From assembly GCA_964016885.1 (NCBI GenBank), contig OZ024756.1, positions 17,980,001-18,044,000 on the forward strand: DNA of 64,000 bases. The letters run 5' to 3'. Each line of letters begins with the position of its first letter. The first letter of the stretch is position 1. Made by a program: the position numbers and the translations under genes. This DNA comes from Eledone cirrhosa (lineage: Eukaryota). The notes under the pieces were generated by a model that was given only the letters and a program-made list of their open reading frames with translations, was not told where the DNA came from and made no database searches. Shown here piece after piece: positions 40,590-54,375 of the stretch.

Positions 40590-42975
40590 TTATCATCACC
40601 AGTATCACTATCATTGTCATTTTCACCATCATTGTCATCACCATTATTATCATCATTACCGTCAGGTGGTTCATCATTACCACCATTGTTACCATCATTA
40701 TCATTGTTACCATCATTACCATCATTGCTATCATTACCATCGTTGTTATCATTACATCATTGCTATCATTACCATCATTGCTATTATTACCATCGTTGTT
40801 ATCATTACATCATTGCTATCATTACCATCGTTGCTATTATTACCATCATTGCTATTATTACCATCATATTACCATCGTTGTTATCATTACATCATTGTTA
40901 TCATTACCACCGTCGTTATCATTACCATCGTTGCTATCATTACCATCAATACTATCATTCCCATCATTGCTATCATTACCATCATTGCTATTATTACCAT
41001 CGTTATCATTACCATCGTTGTTATCATTGCTATTATTACCATCATTGCTATCATTACAATCGTTGTTATCATTACCATCATTGCTATTATTACCATCGTT
41101 GTTATCATTGCTATTATTACCATCATTGCTATCATTACCATCGTTGCTATCATTACCATCATTACCATCGTTGCTATCATTACCATCAATGCTATCATTA
41201 CCATCGTTGTTATCATTGCTATTATTACCATCGTTGTTATCATTGCTATTATTACCATCATTGCTATCATTACCATCGTTGCTATCATTACCATCGTTGC
41301 TATCATTACCATCAATGCTATCATTCCCATCATTGCTATCATTACCATCGTTGTTATCATTACCATCATTGCTATTATTACCATCGTTGTTATCATTACC
41401 ATCATTGCTATCATTCCCATGGTTGGTATTATTACCATCGTTGTTATCATTACCATCATTGCTACCATTACCACCATTGCCATTATTACCATCGTTGTTA
41501 TCATTACCATCATTGCTATCATTACCATCGTTGTTATCATTGCTATTATTATCATCATTGCTATCATTACCATCAATGCTATTATTACCATCATTGCTAT
41601 CATTACCATCGTTGCTATCATTACCATCAATGCTATCATTACCATCACTGCTATTATTACCATCGTTGTTATCATTACCATCGTTGCTATTATTACCATC
41701 GTTGTTATCATTGCTATTATTACCATCATTGCTATCATTACAATCGTTGCTATCATTACCATCAATGCTATTATTACCATCGTTGTTATCATTACCATCG
41801 TTGCTATCATTACCATCAATGCTATCATTACCATCGTTGTTATCATTACCATCATTGCTATCATTACCATCGTTGTTATCATTACCATCGTTGCTATCAT
41901 TCCCATGGTTGGTATTATTACCATCATTGCTATCATTACCATCGTTGTTACCATTGCTATTATTACATCATTGCTATCATTACCATCGTTGCTATCATTA
42001 CCATCGTTGCTATCATTACCATCATTGCAATCATTACCATCGTTGTTATCATTACCATCATTGCTATAATTACCATCGTTGTTATCATTACCATATTTGC
42101 TATCATTACCATCGTTGCTATCATTACCATCATTGCTATTATTACCCTCGTTGTTATCATTACCATCGTTGTTATCATTACCATCATTGCCATTATTACC
42201 ATCGTTGTTATCATTACCATCATTGCTATCATTACCATCGTTGTTATCATTGCTATTATTACCATCATTGCTATCATTACCATCAATGCTATTATTACAA
42301 TCATTGCTATCATTACCATCGTTGCTATCATTACCATCATTGCTATTATTACCATCGTTGTTATCATTACCATCATTGTTATCATGGCTATTATTACCAT
42401 CAGTGCTATCATTACCATCGTTGCTATCATTACCATCAATGCTATAACTATCATCGTTGCTATCATTATCATCGTTGCTATTATTACCATCGTTGTTATC
42501 ATTACCATCATTGTTATCATGGCTATTATTACCATCAGTGCTATCATTACCATCGTTGCTATCATTACCATCAATGCTATAACTATCATCGTTGCTATCA
42601 TTATCATCGTTGCTCTCATTACCATCGTTGCTATCATTACCATGGTTGCTATCATTACCATCATTGTTATCATTACCATCATTGCTATAATTACCATCGT
42701 TGTTATCATTACCATCTTTGCTATCATTACCATCGTTGCTAGCATTACAATCGTTGCTATCATTACCATCATTGCTATCATTACCACCATTGATGTCATT
42801 ACCATCGTTGCTATCATTACCATCATTGCTATCATTACCATCGGTGCTATCATTACCATCGTTGCTATTATTACCATCGTTGCTATCATTAGCATCGTTG
42901 CTATTATTACCATCATTGCTATCATTACCATCGTTGTTACCACCATCATTACTACCATTATTATTATCGTTATTA
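40590..42975. repeat. About 2.4-kb 18-bp minisatellite (atcattaccatcgttgct variants)
   Basis: Seen directly; source of the 731-aa and 811-aa low-complexity ORFs. Confidence 0.95.
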
Positions 42976-44200
42976 CCAGTGTGGTGTGTTGGTGTAATGG
43001 TGTGGTGTGTTGGTGTAATGGTGTGGTGGTAGTGGTGTGTGTGTGGTAGTGTGATGGTGTGTGTGTGTGGTGGTGTGATGGTGTTGTGGTGTGTTGGTGT
43101 TGTGGTGGTGATTTAATGGTGTGGTGTAGTGGTGTGATGGTGTTGTGGTATGTGGTGTGATGGTGGTGGTGTGATGGTGTTGTGGTGTGTTGGTGTTGTG
43201 GTGTGGTGGTGTTATGGTGTGGTGTAGTGGTGTGATGGTGTTGTGGTGTGTTGGTGTTGTGGTGCGATGGTGTTATGGTGTGTGGGTGTGGTGGTGTTGT
43301 GGTGTGTGGTGTGATGCTGGTGTGTGGTGTGATGGTGGTGTGTGGTGTGATGGTGGTGGTGTGTTGTTGTGGTGTGTTTTTGTGGTGGTGTTGTGGTGTG
43401 TGGTGTTGGTGTGGTGTGTATGTGGTGGTGGTGTCTTGCTGTGTTGGTGTAGTGTAGTGATGCGTGTGTGGTGGTGTGGTGTAGTGGTGTGTTGGTGTAG
43501 TGTAGTGTATCATGGTATAGTGTAGTGTATAATGGTGTAGTGTGTGTATGATGGTATAGTGTAGTGTATGATGGTGTAGTGTGTGTAGGTGTGATAGTAT
43601 GTTGGTGGTGTGAAGTGATGGTGTGGTGTTGGTGGCGTGGTGTGTGTACGGTGGTGTGTATGGTGGCGTGGTGTGTGTACGGTGGTGTGTATGGTGGTGT
43701 GATGGTGTAGTGTGGTGTGATGGTGTAGTTTAGTGTGTGATGTTGTGGTGGTATGTTGGTGTGGTGTAGTGGTGTGTTGGTGTGGTGTAGTGTGCGATGG
43801 TGTAGTGTGCGATGGTGAAGTGTAGTGTGTGTAGGTGTGGTGGTGTGTTGGTGGTGTAGTGGTGTGTTGTGGGATGGTATGATGTAGTGTGCGATGGTAA
43901 AGTGTAGTGTGTGTAGGTGTGGTGGGATGTTGGTGTTGGTGGTCTAGTAGCGTGTTGGTGTGGTGTAGTGTGTGATAGTATGATGTAGTGTGCAATAGTA
44001 AAGTGTAGTGTGTGTAGGTGTGGTGGGGTGTTGGTGGTGTAGTGGCACGTTGGTCTGGTGTAGTGTGTGATGGTATGATGTAGTGTGCAATGGTATAGTG
44101 TAGTGTGTGTAGGTGTGGTGGGATGTTGGTGTTGGTAGTGTGGTGGGATGTTGGTGTTGGTGGTGTGGTGAGATGTGGGATGTTGGTGGTGTGTTGGGGG
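42976..44200. repeat. GT-rich low-complexity repeat (gtgtggt/gtgtagt)
   Basis: Seen directly. Confidence 0.9.
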
Positions 44201-44208
44201 AGACTTAC

Positions 44209-44280
44209 CAGAAAAGGCAACTGCCACACATCCCAATATGACAAAGAAGATGAGAAACGCTATGTCCACTTCTAGAATGG
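44209..44280 (-). CDS. TMEM145: TMEM145 homologue exon, first TM helix (ILEVDIAFLIFFVILGCVAVAFS)
   Basis: ctattttcag|CC ... G|gtaagt; 72 nt, phase 1-1; ILE-x-D motif. Confidence 0.92.
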
Positions 44281-44681
44281 CTGAAAATAGAAATAACAGG
44301 CAGGGCATTAAATTACATATATATACTAACTATATACACAAACACACACATATACACATATACACACATGCACATATATATACTAACTATATACATGCAC
44401 ACACACATACATATAGTAACTATACACACATATACATGCACATGTATATACTAACTACAAATACACACATATACACGTGCACATACATGCACATATACTA
44501 ACTATATATACAGACAGACACATGTAAATATATATACTAACTATAAACACATACACATACTCGCAAGCACATATATATATATATATATATATATAGGAGG
44601 AGGTTATAGTTCACTTGAAGCATTGTGTAATGAGGTATGGCTTGGCAAGATATTTAGAACGCTGGTTTGAGACCTTTATTT

Positions 44682-44718
44682 CCCTCTGAAGAAGAGATAT
44701 TATCTCGAAAATTAAGGA
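44682..44718 (+). ncRNA. Minimal hammerhead motif
   Basis: CCCT-CTGAAGA-A-GAGAT(ATT)ATCTC-GAAA-AT-TA-AGGA; intact core, short stem I. Confidence 0.55.
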
Positions 44719-45061
44719 CATTTAAAATAAATCTAAGGTAAAAGACGAATTGTCAACAATATCTTTTGCAATTGCATTTTTTTTTCTATGACCATACCTG
44801 CATTGTTTTGGCTTTATTATACATATTCAAACGTTTATATATATATATATATATATGTAAGAATATTTCGAAACAGAGAGCGGGTTTGAAATTATTATAA
44901 ATGTAAGCTATCGCCATATTTTAACTAAAGAAATTAAAGAAATTATTTAGCCTGATAGTGGGGTTAAGAACCCTTGGAGAAATGGAAAAAGATGAGTATT
45001 GACGTATATACTAAACACACACATATAGATAGTAAAAGAGAAAACTAAGAAAATATCTTAC

Positions 45062-45146
45062 TAAATTGGTCAGCAGACAGCTCCCTGTGGAAGTAGTCAC
45101 CAAGGTTACCATTGGTCAAATGTAGGTAGTAGGTGAGATTGATACC
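45062..45146 (-). CDS. TMEM145: TMEM145 homologue exon (GINLTYYLHLTNGNLGDYFHRELSADQF)
   Basis: tattccag|GGT ... A|gtaaga; 85 nt, phase 0-1; LTNG and SAD-x-F motifs. Confidence 0.92.
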
Positions 45147-45958
45147 CTGGAATATATATATATATGTTGGCATTAGGAAGAGCATCCAGCCGTAGAGACC
45201 TGGCCAGAAACAGTTCTATATGAGTAAGACACGGTCACCTGACCGAACTTGCCTCAAATGGGACAACCCGTCTAACCCATGCTAGTGTGGAAAATGGACG
45301 TTAAATGATGATGAGGATATACATATATATATATTACATATAAATATTTATATGAATGTATGTATGGCATATTTGATAATATACTGTATGTTCAATTAAA
45401 AACATTTTGAAGACTATTCGCTATGAATTTTAAAGTAGTGACTATGAAACTTATTCTCAGCAAAAACAAAGGGGAGTAATCGACAGTCCCGTTTCTCGCT
45501 TGTTAGCGGTTATCAAGACTACTTACCCCTTCGCTTCTGCCGAGAGTTATAGAAGATGGATTCTTATAGAATTCCAGTAATGTTTAAGAGCTGATTAAAT
45601 AGAGCAGTTGCCGGTCCAGCAAAAATTAGGTATTAGTATTGGTGCTCTGAAATAGTGATGTATATATGAATGTATGTATAGTATATTTGATAATATACTG
45701 TATGTTTAAGTAAAAAATATATATATGTATATCATCATTATCACCGTTTAATGTTGATATATATATGTAGGGATAGAGAGATAGTAGCAGAATAAAAGAT
45801 CCCTGAAAGAGAGAGATAGGGGGGGGGGAGAAACCTATCAAACCCACAACAGTCTAAAGATACAGATAGTTCCCAGTAGGGTTACATAAACCTGTCAAAC
45901 CCACAACAGAAAGCAGTACCGCTCCATGAAGAAGATTATAAAACAGTTGTAGACTTAC

Positions 45959-46162
45959 ATTGTTGTCAGTTGGTTTACATCGTCCAATAGTGATAAACCA
46001 CCATCTTGGCCTGATTGAGCGGAAGAATCTGATGCCATCACACTTGTTATAGATATAACCACTATGGTTCATCAACTGACATCCTGACCATTCATAGTCT
46101 TCGGACAGGTCAACAATTTGAAAGTAATCAGGCCGTAATATTGACACTTTGTCTGCACATGT
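45959..46162 (-). CDS. TMEM145: TMEM145 homologue exon, luminal domain (TCADKVSILRP...YEWSGCQ...FRSIRPRWWFITIGRC...)
   Basis: ttaaacag|ACA ... AAT|gtaagt; 204 nt, phase 0-0; WSGC and FRS-x-R-x-RWW motifs. Confidence 0.95.
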
Positions 46163-47309
46163 CTGTTTAAATTGTAAAAGACAATCATAAAAACAGTTGG
46201 CATACTCTGTTGTTGTGGTTAATGATTAAATATCACAATTGAATCTTACATATATTGATTGGAGAACTGCAAGACTGTTTCCAGTTTATTATTTTACATC
46301 ATGGTATTAAAATAAGTTGGATTACTTTGAATAAATCATGAATGAATATTATGTAATTTATCTACTAAATTTCTTAGCTCTTGATTAAACATAAATAATC
46401 TTATATATAATGTATTGTTTATTTCAAGATTCATTTCTGTTAAAACTTTTAAATGTCAACTTCCGTTAGCGCTTATTATATCATAACGTTTATATATTTC
46501 CATTGTTACGTTTATATTTCCTTCGCTAATCTCATTTGATCCTTTTTCGTTTTCATATCATTTCACCATAATGTCGTTTATATATAACTAGAGAAACTAG
46601 CGCCTATGGCAAGCAGTGAAATTGTGCCCCTGCCCAACACTATATTTTTACCTATAGGTCTAATAATTTATATAAATGGTTTAATGATCCAGCCACCATA
46701 GTTTTCTCACCCATGATAATCAGAGACAGATCATACATCGGAAGGAGTTTCTTTTTTCACTCTCTGGTGAGGCTTATTTGACTTTAATAGAAAGTGCTCC
46801 TAGTCTAAGTGATGTCCCCTTCATGTGACACCCATGCTTGCCATACCCTAACAGAGGGTAGTAAAATTAGAATTGGAATAGTAAGGTTTATGTTAATATG
46901 TGAACAGATGATTGTAATAGTATGGTTTTATATATTGGTAATATGTAAACCAGAGGTTCTCAAACTTTAGGGACCACTGCCCTCCAAAACGCCCCCAACC
47001 CTATTTCCAGAGAGACCTGCCTACACGCAAATTGTAAATAATACATGATAAATAAAATCGTTCATTTATATGTAATAAACTAGTTGGCCCCATGCCATCA
47101 AAAATGATGGTTAAAGAGTAGATGTGTATTTGTATATACCTTTCAACTGTGGTCGTTTTATAATTCTTGATAATTCTAATTTATTGTGATATTGCTAGGG
47201 ACTTGGCTCCTTGGACAACACATACACACACACTCGTAAAAGTGTAGACATTCTAAGAACGCTAGTTAAAATTAATTATTACATACACTAAACTACTTTG
47301 ACGCTAAAC

Positions 47310-47592
47310 TCCGCCAGGTGCAGACTGTGCAACAACATGAGATATTTTTCTCCACAAAGTTCGATCACCAACAGTAGAGTTTAAAGAAAAAGATCAACTC
47401 GTGGTGTGAGTAGGTTATGCCTGGAAGGAAAGTTGGCTGGTAGGAGAACCAGAGGCTGGCAGCCAAAACGATGGCTTGATAATGTCAACCTATGGACTGG
47501 ACTTGATCTTGGCTCTTTAAACTCTGCTGTTGGTGATCGAACTTTGTGGAGAAAAATATCTCATGTTGACGCGCAGTCTGCAACTGGCGAAG
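47310..47592 (+). mobile_element. RTE 3' fragment preceded by an inverted copy of its own end
   Basis: ORF LEGKLAGRRTRGWQPKRWLDNV; 47310-47397 is the inverted copy of 47503-47592. Confidence 0.75.
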
Positions 47593-47861
47593 AAGTATTA
47601 GATGAGTGACCTCCCTTTGCGTGACCTACAAAAACACAAGAGCATGAGCGTCAGATACCATGCTCTGCAGGATAGAGTTATGTCCCTTTATGTTCTGAGT
47701 TCAAATCCCGCCAAGGTTAACTTTGCCTTTCATCTTTACATTGATAAGGAAAACATTGAAAAGGAAAAATAACGAAGTAAATGTAAAATGAAATCCTAAA
47801 CTTCGTGAAATTCCGGTAAAAGTATTCGTGTTGTCTTAGCAGACGATATTTATATGTGTGT

Positions 47862-47892
<31 letters not shown>

Positions 47893-48079
47893 ATATACCT
47901 TGGAACATATGTGTATAATTATGTATTCATGTATGTATATATAAATGATTACAAAAATGTTTATCTAATATCGCGTTTAATCTATAATATTATAAAGCTG
48001 AGTGTCATGTGTATGTATGTATGTATCCTACACACCTCTCTATAGTTTGTTAGCTTTACTCTCCGTCGCTCTTCCTCTC

Positions 48080-48279
48080 NNNNNNNNNNNNNNNNNNNNN
48101 NNNNNNNNNNNNNNNNNNNNNNNNNNNNNNNNNNNNNNNNNNNNNNNNNNNNNNNNNNNNNNNNNNNNNNNNNNNNNNNNNNNNNNNNNNNNNNNNNNNN
48201 NNNNNNNNNNNNNNNNNNNNNNNNNNNNNNNNNNNNNNNNNNNNNNNNNNNNNNNNNNNNNNNNNNNNNNNNNNNNNNN
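48080..48279. other. Assembly gap (200 N)
   Basis: Run of N. Confidence 1.
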
Positions 48280-48889
48280 GTAATTCTCTTTATGTTTATT
48301 GCCTCTGTGATTTGTCTAAACAATTGCGTCTTTTCTGTGTGTAGATTCTATTTTTATTTCTATGTTCTCTAATTTACCCTTATGTTCTACTTTAGCATGT
48401 TGGTAGAGTACAGATGATTCTTTACTATCTTGAAGGTCTCGCCAGTGTTCATTTATCCGTTCCCCTACACTACGAGCTGTCCTCATCCTATGTACACTAT
48501 ATTTTTATCTCTACATTGTCCTTCAGTACATCTTATGCTATATACTACATTTCTAGTTTTACAGTTAATATGGGGGCTTAATTTACAGGTTATACATTTC
48601 TTATCTATACAGGGGGTCTTTTGAAAGGGGTATGTCTTGCTAATAAGTGTTTTTTATGGAGGTACCTGGTCTTTCTACTATCTTAATATTGAGTTTATGT
48701 TTATCTAGGGCCCTTCTAAATTTGTAGGCTAAATTCACCTCTAGGGGTTGTAATCGATGAACATTACACTCTGGTATTTATTGCTATCATACCATGATAG
48801 CCTTTATTCCTAGGTTCTTTCTATTCTATTACAAAGTTTTCTCCTATACAAGGGGCATGGTCCATTTGTGTCATTATTTACCATTTTTC
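48280..48889 (-). mobile_element. Penelope-like element fragment, GIY-YIG endonuclease (frameshifted)
   Basis: Reverse complement translates KCITCKLSPHINCKTRNVVYSIRCTEGQCRDKNIVYIG/(fs)TARSVGERINEHWRDL...RQITEAINIKR. Confidence 0.85.
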
Positions 48890-49355
48890 CCCTTAGCCTT
48901 TGTCAAGGCAGAATTCTAGGAGAAGGAAAACTATGATATAACACCTGCAACCCTGATGGTATCCAATGATGTTGACTTGTTCTTCTTTTTGGTAAAATCA
49001 TCTTGGTTAAGAGAGTGGGACTGCTTTGTGCAGTGCCTTTGCTCACTATAAAAGCTTCACGGCACAGGCATTGCTTTATATCTGGAGATCTCTCTGCACT
49101 TGTCGTCACATGGTACCATGGGCCCAGCACTATGTGTCAATAATTGTCACAAGTGTAGTGTTTGTACCAGAGTTTTCAAGTCGGTGGCTGGACTAAAAAG
49201 TCACACTCGTTCAGCGCATCGGTAGGAGTTCTCCTACATGGATATAAAGTAGTGGCCGTACTCGAAAACGAGTTGGCAGCCACCATGTATATGTATATAT
49301 GTAATATATATATATGTATGTATGTATGTATATATGTATGGTATGTATATATGTA

Positions 49356-49391
<36 letters not shown>

Positions 49392-49714
49392 TGTATGTAT
49401 GTATATGACTAAAAAGTCACACTCGTTCAGCGCATCGGTAGGAGTTCTCCTACATGGATATAAAGTAGTGACCCATACTCGAAAACGAGTTGGCAGCCAC
49501 CATGTATATGTATATATGTATATATATATATGTATGTATGTATATATGTATATATGTATATATATATATGTATGTATGTATATATATATATATATATATG
49601 TATGTATATATGTATATATGTATATATGCAAACGACAATATCCTCCACTCCCAAAATAAATGGCACTTGTAGACTTGTACCAATATTAGAAATCAATGTT
49701 AATAGAATATATCA

Positions 49715-50150
49715 ATGTTGTTGTTGTTGTTGTAGTTGCTGTTGTTGTTGTTGTTGTTGTTGTAGTTGCTGTTGTTGTTGTTGTAGTTGATGTTGATGCT
49801 GTTGCTGCTATTGTTGTTGTAGTTACTGTTGTAGTTACTGTTGCTGCTACTACTGCTGCTGTTGTTTGTTGTTGTTGTTGTAGTTGCTGCTACTACTGAT
49901 GTTGTTGTTGTTGTTGCTGTTGTTGCTGTTGCTGTTGTTGTTGTTGTTGCTATTGTTGTTGAGTTACTGTTGCTGCTACTACTGCTGTTTTTGAAGTTGT
50001 AACTGTTGCTGTTGTAGTTGTTACTGCTGTAGTTGTAGTTGTTGTTGTTGCTACTACTGTAGTAGTTTGTAGCTGTTGTTGTTGTTGTTGTTGTTGGTTA
50101 CTGTTGCTACTACTGCTGTAGTTGTAGCTGTTGTTGTTGTTGTTGCTGTT
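49715..50150. repeat. (GTT/GCT/GTA)n microsatellite
   Basis: Seen directly. Other pure microsatellites: (GA)n 50653-50768, (CT)n 52595-53063, (GAA)n 54761-55098. Confidence 0.9.
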
Positions 50151-50652
50151 TTAGAGCAGTATTTGGTGCAAAGTGGTGGGGTCAACTTCAGAATCACATC
50201 ACAAACATATTTATTATTAAATCAGAATCGATTTCTCTCCATCGTGATTGATGACTCGGCGTCTCTTATTCCGTTGCTTTCGGCTATAACTGTTCGATAT
50301 TTCCCTCGCACTCTCAGATTAAAATATCTTTAACTATGTTTTCAGCTATCGAAGGTTTAATATTATTATACCCTGCTCACATGTATTGTTTCTGTTCCTT
50401 TATATCGATATCATTTCCCCTCTCTTTATCTATCTCTATCACTCTTTATATCTATTTATCTATCTAGCTATCTGTTTATTTATCTAGCCATCTATTTATC
50501 TATCTATCTGTCCCCTTCTTTTGTGCCCCTGTGGCTAATAAAGAAATATATCTATGCGCACAGAATTTCGCCTTTATTATAGGTTAGTACGAATTTGCGC
50601 CGTAGGCTAGTAAATGAAGAAAGAGAGAGAGTGTGCGTGTGTGTGTGTGCGT

Positions 50653-50770
<118 letters not shown>

Positions 50771-51120
50771 GAGGGTGTGTGTGTGAGAAGAATCTACCCC
50801 AGTTCTAAATCGGTAATTATTTTGACGTTGAAATAATTGTTTCTACGTTAGGCACAAGGCCAGCAATTACCCAGTGCAAATGAAAGCCAAGTTGACCTCG
50901 ACGAGATTTGAACTCAGTACAGTCATTCGTCCTAACGTTGCCACAACTCTGCATTATGGTAGTTTATCGAACGACGAACGAAGAAAATGGAACTGGAGTC
51001 TTTTTAAGAATATTTATTTGGTTCCTTTACCGGTTTCGTAGTTCTTGTGCTTTTCAAAAGTAGAATTGAGATGGAGGGTTTGTGGTTTTTCTCACATATA
51101 TATATATATATATATATCTA

Positions 51121-51231
<111 letters not shown>

Positions 51232-51257
51232 ATGTAATAAACAACATAAGGCAATTA

Positions 51258-51316
51258 TTCCATTTACAGTGGTTTCTTAAAAGCAAAAGGTTTTGCTTTC
51301 AATCCTCAGAATGAAA
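51258..51316 (-). ncRNA. Type I hammerhead ribozyme (left arm of the 51225-51486 palindrome)
   Basis: Reverse complement is TTTCATT-CTGAGGA-TTGAAAGCAAAA(CC)TTTTGCTTTTAA-GAAA-CCACTG-TA-AATGGAA. Confidence 0.72.
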
Positions 51317-51392
51317 AAATCCTGGTTTGTTTATTGAATTTGGATTTTAAAAAAGTTTTTAAAATCCAAATTCAATAAACAAACCAGGATTT

Positions 51393-51453
51393 TTTCATTC
51401 TGAGGATTGGAAAGCAAAACCTTTTGCTTTTAAGAAACCACTGGTAAATGGAA
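51393..51453 (+). ncRNA. Type I hammerhead ribozyme (right arm of the palindrome)
   Basis: TTTCATT-CTGAGGA-stem II (51407-51433)-GAAA-CCACTGG-TA-AATGGAA; GUA cleavage triplet. Confidence 0.8.
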
Positions 51454-51552
51454 TAATTGCCTTATGTTGTTTATTACATAATAATAATAATTAAGCTCTG
51501 TTGCCTACATAGAGCACTCTTTTTTCTGGACCTTTTCCGATGGAATTACTTC

Positions 51553-51588
<36 letters not shown>

Positions 51589-51839
51589 GCAAGGGCGTTG
51601 GACTTACGATCATAATATCGTCAGTTCAATTCCTTGACTGGGTTGTGTGTTGTGTTTTTAAGCAAAACACTTCATTTCACGTTGCTCCAGTATACTCAGC
51701 TGAAAATAAGTACCAGCAATGTACTGCAATGGACTGGCGTCCTGTCCAGGGGGAAGACTTGTACTCTCAGTCTCTTCACGCCATGAAACTGGGATAAGCA
51801 CCGGCCAAATGAGCCGTCTGGCTTAAGACAGACTTTAGA

Positions 51840-51918
<79 letters not shown>

Positions 51919-52564
51919 GAATAATCGAGTATCGAAAAATCGGCGCACGAGTTCACGATAAACAAAATTCGAAATGAGCGGTAGAGGGCTCAATAATTCA
52001 GATAAATCAGAGCTATAACTATCGTTAAAATACCGACACACATAGAACATGTCTAAAATCAACCATACGACCGAAAAAATTACGATCTGGAAGATTCGGG
52101 ACACTCAGATAAAATATCAATAAATCAATAAATCAAATGAATATATATATATATATATATATAATAAGGAGTTGACGGACCCAGCATATTTATCAATGCC
52201 AGTACCGGTTGTATCTCAGCGCACTCAATGGGCAATGTAAGATACATTCCCAGAGTATACACATAGTTATTCGCTTCAATACAACACACGTAAAACGGGT
52301 GCCTATAATAGTTCCCGGACTCGAGTTTCGGGCCACACTTAATGCAGCAGTAAGGTGCACTGAACCCCCGTCTGCATATATTATGCAACAATGCATAATC
52401 GGCGTATGCGGCTTCATCAGTGGATATCGCCTAATCAATAACCAATCGATCGAGAGAATCCAAACCCCAGATTAAAGTTTAAGCAAAGGATCGCTGCTTT
52501 CACCCTTAACGGGATCTTCTGATTTATCTTTATCGACCCCTCTTTGGATTTTAGTTTTCACATT

Positions 52565-52596
<32 letters not shown>

Positions 52597-52629
52597 TCTC
52601 TCTTCTCTCTTCTCTCTCCTCTCCTCTCT

Positions 52630-52679
<50 letters not shown>

Positions 52680-52816
52680 TCTCTCTCTCTCTCTCCTCTC
52701 TTTCTCTCTCTTTCTCTCTCTCTCTCTCTTCCTCTCTCTATCTCTCTCTCTCTTCCTCTCTCTCTCTTTCTCTCTCTCTCTTCCTCTCTCTCTCTTCCTC
52801 TCTCTCTCTCTTCTTC

Positions 52817-52855
<39 letters not shown>

Positions 52856-52879
52856 CTCTCTCCGTCTCCCACTCTCTTC

Positions 52880-52910
<31 letters not shown>

Positions 52911-52924
52911 CGTCTCTCTCTCTC

Positions 52925-52993
<69 letters not shown>

Positions 52994-54021
52994 TCTCTCT
53001 CTCTCTCTCACTCCCTCTCTCTCGCTCTCTCTCTCTCTCTCTCACTCCCTCTCTCTCTCTCTCCTTTGGAGGAAATTGGCTATGTTCAGATCTAGAGTGG
53101 AGACAAGCTCGGCCAGGTTTAAAATACCCAAGGCTCGCTGTATGTCAGTACGTTGCCCCTCCGACTGCATCAGGGTTTACTGATCAATACTTACCTACCT
53201 ACCTACCTCCCTACCTACCCACTACCTACATACCTTTCGTGGCTCTGGCTCATAGGATTAAATATCTCCGTGGTAAAATTCTAATAGAAGTTTCTATTAC
53301 GCAATAGAATATGTTTAAATGAATTCCAACGCCATAGCCGTGTGTATTGCGATAATATAAGGAGCCATTGCTATTTGCGATGGCATTTTTATGGAAATTT
53401 AGAAGCAGCTACACAACGAGAAAATCCCAGAGGGACACATATAGCATATATAATATATATAATACATATAACATATATAACATATAATATATATAAAGTA
53501 TATATAACATATAGTATATATAACATATAATACATATAATATATATAATATATACATCATGTAATATATATATAGTATATATAACATATAATATATATAA
53601 CATATATAACTTATAATATATATATATAGTATTTATAACATATAATATATATATATAGTATTTATAACATATAATATATATATATAGTATTTATAACATA
53701 TAATATATATATATAGTATATATAACATATAATATATATAATATGTATAATATATATAATATATATAACATGTAATATATAAATAGTATATATAACATAT
53801 AAAATATATAACTTATATGACATATATAACATATCATATATATATAGTTATATATATTATATATATAATAAATATAATATATAATATATAACATACAATA
53901 TATAATATATAGCAAGCTAGATGTTTGCTTGGAAACTGCTACAGTTTATTGATTTTTAACTCTTTCCGTTTCTCTCTTTCTTTCTTTTTTCCTCATTCTC
54001 TCTCTTTTTATCTCTCCCTCC

Positions 54022-54093
<72 letters not shown>

Positions 54094-54324
54094 AGGGAGA
54101 GAGAGAGAGCCAGCGAGAAAAAGAGAGAGAATAAATATATATATATATATATTTACTCTCTCTCTCTCTCCATCTCCATTCCTTGTTTTATCTTTCTTCT
54201 CTCACAAAGAAGTTCCTATATATTAAAGCAGCTTCATGACGAAGAATGTGGATAATTACTGAGGAAGAAAGAATTACAGGCAGGGTTTTGTTTGTTTTGT
54301 TGTAGTTGTTTGCATGCAAAACTC

Positions 54325-54375
54325 CCATATACCTGTTTACTTCCTGTTGTAAGTTTCAGCCGCCATTTTTCTCTC
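54325..54375 (-). promoter_or_regulatory. Candidate TSS-proximal/first-exon region with YY1-like (AAAATGGCGG) and ETS-like (ACAGGAAGT) motifs
   Basis: Reverse complement is gagaaaaATGGCGGCTGAAACTTACAACAGGAAGTAAACAG|gtatat. A second AACATGGCG motif lies at 55190-55198(-). Confidence 0.4.

Noticed and set aside
40547-43513. ORFs of 731, 811 and 516 aa, including LPSLLS repeats resembling leucine-rich repeats
   Set aside because: An 18-bp minisatellite open in several frames on both strands, inside a TMEM145 intron.
51012-51050. Further hammerhead-like remnants (here, at about 24760-24785 and at about 52390-52425)
   Set aside because: Two or more core nucleotides are lost and the stems are weak, so they were not counted.
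51270-51305. [10 protein letters not shown] as the missing TMEM145 RFCF exon
   Set aside because: It is stem II of the hammerhead palindrome; no suitable splice sites or continuing homology.
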